Program-made: the position numbers and the translations under genes
In this document: positions 49,092 through 56,936 of the stretch, one piece after another
Layout: every line of letters starts with the position of its first letter
Numbering within the stretch: position 1 is the stretch's first letter
From: Vicinamibacterales bacterium
GTDB lineage: Bacteria; Acidobacteriota; Vicinamibacteria; Vicinamibacterales; UBA8438
Direction: 5' to 3'
Assembly (NCBI GenBank): GCA_965249105.1
Contig: OZ252219.1
Coordinates: 4,823,108-4,887,107, forward strand
DNA length: 64,000 bases
The notes under the pieces: generated by a model
The model's database searches: none
Told to the model about the DNA's origin: nothing
What the model saw: only the letters and a program-made list of their open reading frames with translations

Positions 49092-49270
49092 TTGACCGAC
49101 GTGGACGCGAAGCTGACCGCGCTGCAGGCGATGGACCTCGCGGCCCTGCGCCGCGAATGGTGCCGCTGTCATCGGGCTCCGCCGCCGCGGCTCAGCCGCG
49201 ACCTGCTGCTCCGGGACCTCGCCTATACGCTCCAAGAAGACGCGTATGGCGGCGTGAGCAAGGCGATCCG
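49092..49270 (+). pseudogene. DUF2924-family fragment
   Basis: LAALRREW...PPPRLSRDLLLRDLAYTLQEDAYGG; C-terminal half missing. Confidence 0.75.
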
Positions 49271-49539
49271 CACGGCTCCGGACCCTGGCCAAGGCCGTCG
49301 CCGAGACCGGCCGCGTCGCCCCCGAGAATCGACTCGGCCAGCGCATCAATCAGTTGGGTGGTTGCGCGTGTGGCCAGGAGCCGTTGCGGTACAGCGTGAT
49401 GGCGACGTCGACGTTTCGGCGTAGCGCGGCCTGAACCGCAGGCCAGTTCTTCTCGGAGCGAACCAGTGTCTTCCACGAGTACAAGTGCTTCCGCTTGTGA
49501 AAGTCGGAGTGGGTGCTCGGAACCACTGGTCGATCAAGA

Positions 49540-50144
49540 GTTTGATCCGAGATATTCCGGAACTATCCGAAACACGTGAGACGTGCGATGCTCGTGGGCA
49601 CAACACCTGACGGGGAGGGCGACAGGATTGGGCCGCGCCGATCCCGATCCGACGTCCGCCTTCTGCGGGAGGGGTGTCCGAGAAAGCTCTCACGCAGCGC
49701 CCAACCCGGACCACGGAACCCGGCTCGCGAGACGATCACGCGGACACCAGCCGCCACCTCGCCCCAGGCGCGACTCACCTCCCCGGCGCCGTGCCCGTGC
49801 CCGCTGAAATCGCCTGAATCCAACGAGGAAATCGAGGGCAACCCTCGAGCGATCCCGAAGTGCGAGCATCGGCAGGACTGGGTGGCGGAGGGGGCAGTCT
49901 CGCGCGAACCCGTCTCGCACGTCGCCAAGCGAATAAAAGACGAATATTTGATGGGTCCCTACTATGTCCCGCTTCACACTCCTTGACCGGCTCAGGGGGA
50001 GTGTCTTGGCGGGCAGCGTCGGTACCTCCGCATCGGAGGATAAGTTGTTGTCCTCGCGCGAGTCGCATCCCGGGGTCATCCCGGATGATCCCGGCTTATC
50101 CCGGATTAAAACTTTTGATCGAGCTCAGCGGATTATGTTCCGCG
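49540..50144. repeat. L-core-R unit D (core 49883), left terminal repeat degenerate
   Basis: R arm near-identical to unit C including the 32-bp extension; L arm similar to 53858-54037. Confidence 0.9.
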
Positions 50145-50618
50145 CTTTGATGACATCGAGAAAGTGATCCGATCATGAATGCGGATTGGCCGACTGCCAG
50201 ATGCATACTCTGTGGCTCCGGAGAAGACATCACAACGGAACATATAATTCCCGACTGCCTCGCCGGAAAACTCGTAGCGAATTTCCTGTGCAAAGACTGC
50301 AATTCAAGGCTTGGCCATGGTGCCGAAAGCGCTGTCAGGAACGACCCAAAGGTTCGGCTATTAATTGAACGCCTAGTCGGTGAACAACCTCACCTCGCCA
50401 ATAAATTACAGAAGCGGCTACCGTACATAGGCCGCAGTGAGCAAGGCGAAATCCCTGGATACATGCGAGACGGAAGGTTCGTTCCGAAGGAACAACCGCT
50501 GGACGATGGATCGTTTATCTTTCCGGAGGACCTATCTCTATATCATTCATCATGAGGCACTTGCAAAACCCTGCGCGTAGAGAAGTTTTTTGGCGGCTTG
50601 CGCACGGTGCGGGCCACA

Positions 50619-50966
50619 TCACACAGGCGTGAGCTGACGAAGCAGGCGCTCAGTCATCCGCAGCGACAACGTCTCCATTTCCACAACGATTCGGTCTAGC
50701 TGTCGGCCGTTCTCGATCCAGTCCCGGACACGCTCGGCTTGCTGCTCGGTGAGACGGACGGTGACGGTCTTGCCGCGGACCTTGCGGGTCCACTGATAGT
50801 ACGGCCCGTGTAGCTGCGGGGGCGTCGCTTGGCAGCGGCAGTTCGGCTTGCCGCACGGCATGAAACGTTGCACGAGGCTGCCACGTCGAAGCAATCCCAC
50901 CTCAGCGACGGTGCGCTTGAGCGCGTCGTAGCGCTGCGTGTCGGTTGTTGGGTCACGGGTGGGCAT
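50619..50966 (-). CDS. DUF6788-like passenger protein
   Basis: Identical to the other copies. Confidence 0.8.
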   Translation of the reverse strand: MPTRDPTTDTQRYDALKRTVAEVGLLRRGSLVQRFMPCGKPNCRCQATPPQLHGPYYQWTRKVRGKTVTVRLTEQQAERVRDWIENGRQLDRIVVEMETLSLRMTERLLRQLTPV

Positions 50967-51029
50967 GTCGTGCCATTCGGTCTAGCAGTTGTTATACTGC
51001 TAGACCTGGCCCCAGGAGTCAAGAAGAAA

Positions 51030-52169
51030 ATGAGCCGTCTCCGAGAGTGCTTCGCACCACACTGGCTGTCCATTCAGACCGCACTCTTTCCATGGCTGGA
51101 GGAAGAGCTGGGACCACTCACGGAGAAACAGCAGCAGTTCGTGCAGACCTTGGAGGTCATCCGGGTCGAGGACCACATTCCCCGACGCGTCCGCATGCCC
51201 GGCCGACCTCGCAAGGATCGCGCGGCCGTCGCCCGCGCGTTTGTCGCCAAGGCCGTCTACGACCTGCCGACGACACGCAGGCTGCTCGATCGGCTGGCCA
51301 CCGATCGACCCTTGCGCCGGATCTGCGGCTGGGAGACTAGGCGCCAGGTCCCGAGCGAATCCTTGTTCTCACACGCCTTCGACGAGTTTGCGACCACGCA
51401 GTTGCCTCTGCGCGTGCACGAGACGGTCATCCAGAAGACGCATCACGACCGATTGGTCGGTCATCTCTCGCGAGACTCCACCGCGATTGCGGCACGCGAG
51501 AAGCCCGCCACGAAGGACAAGCCGCCCGCGCCCTCGCAGCGGAAGCGGGGACGACCGAAGAAGGGAGAGGAGCGCCCTCACGAGCCCACGCGTCTGCAGC
51601 GGCAGGGCACCATGACCAAGCCGGAGATGCTCGCTGATCTCCCGACGGCCTGCGATGTCGGGACGAAAAAGAACAGCAAGGGCTACAAGGAAACCTGGGT
51701 CGGCTACAAGCTGCATATCGATGTGGCCGATGGCCAGATCCCCATCAGCTGCCTACTGACCGCTGCCTCCCTTCATGACAGCCAGGCCGCTATTCCGCTC
51801 GCAACCCTGTCCGCCGAGCGGAGCACCAATCTGTACGACGTGATGGACGCCGCCTACGATGCGCAGGAGATTCGGGCACACAGCCGTTCGCTGAACCACG
51901 TTCCGCTGATCGACATCAACACGCGCCGCAACACGGCGCTGAAGGAAGAACGCCAAGCGGAAGCTCGGCGCCGACAGGTGCTTGGCTTCCAGCTTCCGGA
52001 GGACGTTCGCTACAACGAACGCACGGCCGTTGAGCGGGTCAATGGCCGCCTCAAGGACGAATTCGGCGGTCGCCATGTCCGGGTCCGCGGCCCGGCGAAG
52101 GTGATGTGCCACTGCATGTTCGGCGTGCTCGCACTCACCGCTGACCAACTCATGCGCCTCGTCACGTAG
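51030..52169 (+). CDS. DDE transposase
   Basis: Same protein as copy 2. Confidence 0.95.
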   Translation: MSRLRECFAPHWLSIQTALFPWLEEELGPLTEKQQQFVQTLEVIRVEDHIPRRVRMPGRPRKDRAAVARAFVAKAVYDLPTTRRLLDRLATDRPLRRICGWETRRQVPSESLFSHAFDEFATTQLPLRVHETVIQKTHHDRLVGHLSRDSTAIAAREKPATKDKPPAPSQRKRGRPKKGEERPHEPTRLQRQGTMTKPEMLADLPTACDVGTKKNSKGYKETWVGYKLHIDVADGQIPISCLLTAASLHDSQAAIPLATLSAERSTNLYDVMDAAYDAQEIRAHSRSLNHVPLIDINTRRNTALKEERQAEARRRQVLGFQLPEDVRYNERTAVERVNGRLKDEFGGRHVRVRGPAKVMCHCMFGVLALTADQLMRLVT

Positions 52170-52991
52170 CCATCGGTGACGTGATGACCTCGATCCACCC
52201 AGCTGCCTACGCGCAGAAGGCGGCAGCTCTTGCCAGACCCTCGCCCAATGCCCGGGCGGGCCTGCGTCTCCTCATGAATCGGTGCCTCGATCCCGGTGCC
52301 CTGGGCCCGAGTGACCAGTTTGCACCCAAACCCTGACGCTTGTTCCACTGTCGGCCAGGAGTTTTGCAAGTGCCTCTCATGTTAAAAAAATGTCCAAGCG
52401 GGCGGGCAGAGAACTCTTCGGGGTTACGCCTGATCAACTCAGATGCCTACCTTCCGGCGGCTCAGTTGAAGCGGCATCCGGGCTTTTTATTACAAACTGG
52501 ACTCTAGATTCAATTGAACCTGACCTCAGCGGACCAGAGATTGACCCGATAGTTCCGGCGACAATTGCGTTCGAGTTTCTCGCATTGCATTGCGGTATTA
52601 AAATCTATGAAAACCCGCCGCAGTTTGCGCTAATTCGGCGTCAGCTCATTGATGGCAAGTTGTCTGGAGATGAGATTCGTGTGCAGCGCCTGGAGGCGCA
52701 GAATAGGCAGCTCTTCCACGGACTCGTATTTGAAGGCAACAGCCCAGGAGCGCGAGTCCAGATACGGCTTTTTGGCTCTCTGGCTTTTCGCGTGGAATTT
52801 AACCGTTGGTCCATCAGCGGCACTCGTTGTGGTTACACTCACGACTTAGTGTCTGAAGATGACGGCTTTTGGGTCGATGCATAGATTGGTGGTCGAGGAG
52901 GAGGCGATAATTTCGTTCCATTACCGTGACACTCAACACGCTAGATGTTAAAAACACCTAGATTTATTATATGTTTTTAGATCAACGGTCT

Positions 52992-53105
52992 CTCCTCAAG
53001 GGGGACGTGTTCACGCCTGACGTGATCGAGAACTGGCTCGCCTACAAACGGGAGAACGAAGTCGACGCCATTCGCCTGCGGCCGCATCCGTGGGAATTCG
53101 CGCTG
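52992..53105 (+). pseudogene. glnA: glutamine synthetase type I 3'-terminal fragment
   Basis: My translation: [38 protein letters not shown]. Confidence 0.85.
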
Positions 53106-53359
53106 GGATGACCCCGGGATGCGACTCGCGCGGGCGCAACGACTGACGGGGAGGGCGACAGAATTGGGCCGTGCCGAGGCCCGATCCGCCGTCCGTGGGA
53201 GGGGTGTCCCGGGAGGCTCTCACGTGCGCCCCACCCGGACCACGGAACCCGGCTCGCGAGACGATCGCCCGCATACCGGCGCCACCTCGCTCCAGACGTG
53301 TCTCGTCTTCTCGGCGCCGCGCCCGCGACCGTCGAAATCGCCCGGCATCCACAGAAAAA
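53105..53359. repeat. partial L arm E (no outer iterons, no core)
   Basis: Near-identical to the L arm of unit B. Confidence 0.9.
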
Positions 53360-53395
53360 CGCCAGCTCGCCCACAGATTTTTCTGACGAACCAAA

Positions 53396-54043
53396 GTTTT
53401 AATCCGGGATCAGCCGGGATCAGCCGGGATGACCCCGGGATGCGACTCTCGCGGTCGCAACGACGTACGGGGACGCGGCGGATCCAGCGTGGCGCGTTGC
53501 GCTCGACGACGAGGCGTTCGTCGTCGATGCCCGGGTCGGTGTACGGTCGGTCGTGCAGCCCGGCGTGGATCACGCGCACCAGCTTGTGGGCGGTGGCCAG
53601 GATCCATCCCGGTAGCCGACGCTCTGTGGGCGCAACGACTGACGCCGAGTCCAGCGCCGGGACGCCACGTTGCACCGGCCGGTGCAGGTCCAGCGCGCCG
53701 CGCGTCATGGTCAGTTTCTGTGACGTGGGCTCGGCCGCCGCGCCGCGAGAAGTTCTTGCAGCGGCATATTCCGGGACTTGCCGGGCTCCATCCCGGAATC
53801 CGACGCTCCGCGGACCCGACGACTGACAGGGGTCAGTCGTACATGGCTCTCTCAAAACCCCGGACCACCGAACCTGGCTCGCGAGACGATCACGCGGACA
53901 CCGGCCGCCACCTCGCCCCCGGCGCGACTCACCTCCCCGGCGCCGCGCCCGTGACCGCTGAAATCGCCTGAATCCAACGAGGAAATCGGGGGGCACCCCT
54001 CGAGCGATCCCGAAGTGCGAGCATCGGCAGGACTGGGTGGCGG
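53396..54043. repeat. L arm F: terminal repeat 53396-53470, unrelated insert, L body 53858-54037 abutting the tRNA CCA end
   Basis: GTTTTAATCCGGGAT(CAGCCGGGAT)2GACCCCGGG; ...GCATCGGCAGGACTGGG|TGGCGG. Confidence 0.9.
53474..53610 (-). pseudogene. IS110-family transposase extreme C-terminal fragment
   Basis: ATAHKLVRVIHAGLHDRPYTDPGIDDERLVVERNAPRWIRR. Confidence 0.6.
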
Positions 54044-54127
54044 AGGGACTGGGATTCGAACCCAGGGAACGCTTTCACGTTCAACGGTTTTCAAGACCGC
54101 CGCCTTCAACCGCTCGGCCATCCCTCC
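54038..54127 (-). tRNA. tRNA-Ser(UGA)
   Basis: GGAGGGA/TCCCTCC acceptor, CTTGAAA loop, long variable arm, GGTTCGAATCC, discriminator G, encoded CCA. Confidence 0.98.
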
Positions 54128-54186
54128 CGGAACTGGGCGCAGCTACGGACCCTGGGGCTCGAAGCCGAGACCTCAGGTTGCTCATT

Positions 54187-55476
54187 CTATGCTGGCGGCT
54201 CGATGACCTCCTGGCCGTGCATATAGGGGCGGAGCACCTCGGGGATCACCACCGACCCGTCGAGCTGCTGGTAGTTCTCCAGGATCGCGATCATCGCGCG
54301 ACCGACCGCCACGCCAGAGCCGTTGAGTGTATGCACGTGTTCGGGCTTCCCCTTTCCGTTCGGCCGGAACTTGATATTGGCCCGGCGCGCCTGGAAACCC
54401 TCGGTGTTGCTGCACGACGAGATTTCCCGATAGGCGTTCTGACCAGGCAACCACACCTCGAGGTCATAGGTCTTGGCGGCGGCGAAACCCATGTCACCCG
54501 TACACAGCGTCACCGTGCGATACGCGAGGCCGAGCCGCTTGAGCACCTCCTCGGCGTGACCGGTGAGCTGCTCGTGGATCTCGTACGACTGGTCTGGCGT
54601 CGCGTAGGTGACGAGCTCGACCTTGTCGAACTGATGCTGGCGGAACAACCCTCGCACATCCTTGCCGTATGAGCCGGCTTCACTCCGAAAACACGGTGTA
54701 TACGCCACGTAACGGATCGGGAGCGTGCTGCCGTCCAGAATCTCGTCGCGGTGCAGGTTGCACAGCGGGACTTCGGCTGTCGGTATCAAGTAGAGGTCCC
54801 AGTCGCCCCCAACCTTGAAGAGGTCCTGCGCGAACTTGGGAAGATTCCCAGTCCCGACCAGCGACTTCGAGTTGGCCAAGAACGGCGGCTCTACCTCGGT
54901 GTAGCCATGTTCTCCGCCGTGGAGGTCGAGCATGAAGTTGATGAGCGCCCGTCCCAGCCTGGCACCGGCCCCCATCAGCACCGAGAATCGTGCACCGGCG
55001 ATCCGGGTGGACCGCTCGAAGTCCAGAATCCCGAGGTCGGGTCCCAGGTCCCAATGCGCCTTGACCTCGAAGTCGAACGTCGGGGGATCACCGACGCGTC
55101 GCACCTCCTGGTTGTCGGCGTCACTCTTGCCGACCGGCACACTCTCGTGGGCTAGGTTGGGCAACGTCAAGGCCAACGCGTCGCGCTCGGTCTCAACCTT
55201 GTCTAGCTGCTCCTCCTGCTCCTTGATGCGTTCGCCGTATCGCTGACCCGCCGCGAGGAGCTCCTCCGCGGGGAGACCGTCCCTCTTGGCCTGGGCAATC
55301 TGACCGCCGAGCTCCTTACGCTGGCGTCGGGCGTCTTCGAGAACGGGCAGAATCTCCCGGCGCGAGGCGTCCAGCCTAACGAGTGCGTCCAACAGCTCTC
55401 CAAGGTCAACACCGCGATGCAGGAGACCTGCCCGGACGTCCTCTGGTCGCTCCCTCAACAGGATGGGGTCAAGCAT
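54187..55476 (-). CDS. serS: seryl-tRNA synthetase
   Basis: LIPTAEVP, FRSEAGSYG, RQHQFDKVE, EISSCSN, TLNGSG. Confidence 0.98.
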   Translation of the reverse strand: MLDPILLRERPEDVRAGLLHRGVDLGELLDALVRLDASRREILPVLEDARRQRKELGGQIAQAKRDGLPAEELLAAGQRYGERIKEQEEQLDKVETERDALALTLPNLAHESVPVGKSDADNQEVRRVGDPPTFDFEVKAHWDLGPDLGILDFERSTRIAGARFSVLMGAGARLGRALINFMLDLHGGEHGYTEVEPPFLANSKSLVGTGNLPKFAQDLFKVGGDWDLYLIPTAEVPLCNLHRDEILDGSTLPIRYVAYTPCFRSEAGSYGKDVRGLFRQHQFDKVELVTYATPDQSYEIHEQLTGHAEEVLKRLGLAYRTVTLCTGDMGFAAAKTYDLEVWLPGQNAYREISSCSNTEGFQARRANIKFRPNGKGKPEHVHTLNGSGVAVGRAMIAILENYQQLDGSVVIPEVLRPYMHGQEVIEPPA

Positions 55477-55544
55477 CGCGTCGTCTGTCCCTTCCGAGCA
55501 TCATTCTACAAGCCACACGACCCGGGCTGATACGATCGCGCCAC

Positions 55545-56411
55545 ATGGCGTCATCTGTCACCACCGTCGTCTTTCCCGCCGCCGGTCTCGGGACTCGAAT
55601 CCTGCCCGCGACAAAGGCGTTCCCCAAGGAACTGCTGCCGCTCGTGGACCGACCCGTCATTCAGTACGGCGTCGAGGAAGCGGTCGCGGCCGGCATCGCT
55701 CATGTCGTGCTCGTCACCAGCCCGGGCAACACCATGACAAGCTCGCATTTCGCGCCGAGCCCGGAGCTCGAAGCGCTTCTCACCGAGCGAGGAAAGACCG
55801 AAGCCCTGGAGAAGATTCGGGCCGTCGCGGGTGGGGCTGAGGTCACGACCGTTCACCAGACCGAGCCACGTGGTCTGGGTCACGCCGTCTTGATGGCCCG
55901 CGACCGATGCGGGGATTCGCCCTTCGCCGTGGCACTCCCCGATGATGTGATCGACGCCAACCCCCCGGCGCTCAAGCAGATGGTCGATGTCTTCACCGAG
56001 GTGAGTAGCCCGGTGATTCTCGTGCAACGCGTCCCCCGGAGCGCTGTCAACCGATACGGCATCATCGACGCCACGCCCGTTCGAGACGGCGTGTATCAGG
56101 TCACGGATATGGTCGAGAAGCCCAGCCCAGACGAGGCGCCCTCAGACCTGGCCATCGTCGGTCGCTACATCCTGACCCCTGACCTGTTCCCGGTGCTCAA
56201 GAAGACCGGCGCCGACCACGGTGGCGAGATCCAGCTGACTGACGGCCTGCGTAAGTTGCTCCAGACGCGATCCGTCTACGCCTGCGAGATTCGCGACGCG
56301 GTGCGTCACGATGTCGGCACCCCGCTTGGGTTCATCCAGGCCTCGGTCTACTACGCCCTCCAACGGCCCAGCATCGCACCCGGGCTGCGAGACTATCTAA
56401 AGACGATCTAG
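55545..56411 (+). CDS. galU: UTP-glucose-1-phosphate uridylyltransferase
   Basis: PAAGLGTRILPATKAFPKELLP, EPRGLGHAV, VEKP, GEIQLTD. Confidence 0.95.
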   Translation: MASSVTTVVFPAAGLGTRILPATKAFPKELLPLVDRPVIQYGVEEAVAAGIAHVVLVTSPGNTMTSSHFAPSPELEALLTERGKTEALEKIRAVAGGAEVTTVHQTEPRGLGHAVLMARDRCGDSPFAVALPDDVIDANPPALKQMVDVFTEVSSPVILVQRVPRSAVNRYGIIDATPVRDGVYQVTDMVEKPSPDEAPSDLAIVGRYILTPDLFPVLKKTGADHGGEIQLTDGLRKLLQTRSVYACEIRDAVRHDVGTPLGFIQASVYYALQRPSIAPGLRDYLKTI

Positions 56412-56568
56412 TGCAGTGGTTCAGAAATACCTCGTGCACCGAGGGCGCCGAGGCACCCGTCTGGCCAGGCGCGACGAAGGAGCAAATCGGGAATCTGTGA
56501 CAGAGGAGCATCGCAGGCAGAGGGGATGCCTCGGTGGCCGGATGCCGAGGTATTTCTGAACCACTGCA

Positions 56569-56928
56569 CTAGCTCTTGGCCGACGACGGAGACTTGGACG
56601 AGGATGTGCTCGACGGTGAACTCGAGGACGAGGACGAGCTCGATGAATCTGAGCTCTCTTTCTTCGTGCTAGACGACTCGGATGACTTGTTCTCGCTCTT
56701 GTCGTTCGATTCCGATTTCGAAGACGACTCTTCTTGCCCGCCACTCGGCTTGCGAGCGTAGTCCGTGATGTACCAGCCTGTGCCCTTGAACTGGATCGCC
56801 GGAGAGGAGAGAAGCTTCTGCACCGTGCCCTCACACTCCGGACAGGTCGTTATCAGTTCATCGGAAAACTTCTGAATTCGCTCGAAGCGATGACCGCAGT
56901 CATCACACAGGTATTCGTAGAGCGGCAT
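56569..56928 (-). CDS. FmdB-family zinc-ribbon protein with Ser-rich tail
   Basis: MPLYEYLCDDCGHRFE...CPEC...FKGTGWYITDY. Confidence 0.9.
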   Translation of the reverse strand: MPLYEYLCDDCGHRFERIQKFSDELITTCPECEGTVQKLLSSPAIQFKGTGWYITDYARKPSGGQEESSSKSESNDKSENKSSESSSTKKESSDSSSSSSSSSSPSSTSSSKSPSSAKS

Positions 56929-56936
56929 ATCTTTGG

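Larger units (their letters stand above)
50554..52376 (+). mobile_element. IS5/IS1182-like element copy 3
   Basis: Same TIRs, TSD TCAT. Confidence 0.95.
50175..52884 (+). pseudogene. HNH endonuclease gene split by IS copy 3 (50175-50553 + 52381-52884)
   Basis: CILC...EHIIP...LCKDCN; downstream half open in its own frame; low GC. Confidence 0.75.
3502..54043. mobile_element. tandem array of four R-cargo-L cassettes joined at TGGCGG cores
   Basis: Cores at 3502, 38716, 45704, 49883, 54038; R only at the left end, L fused to the tRNA at the right end. Confidence 0.75.
1196..54095. mobile_element. composite genomic island (about 53 kb) at tRNA-Ser(UGA)
   Basis: Bounded by the 59-bp direct repeat of the tRNA 3' end; accessory and mobile content inside, housekeeping genes to the right. 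Confidence 0.85.

Noticed and set aside
52930-52990. XerCD dif site in the AT-rich patch
   Set aside because: Does not fit the 11-6-11 dif consensus well enough by eye
3502-54043. CRISPR array interpretation of the repeats
   Set aside because: Repeats are 200-560 bp, separated by kilobases; no regular short repeat-spacer pattern and no cas genes
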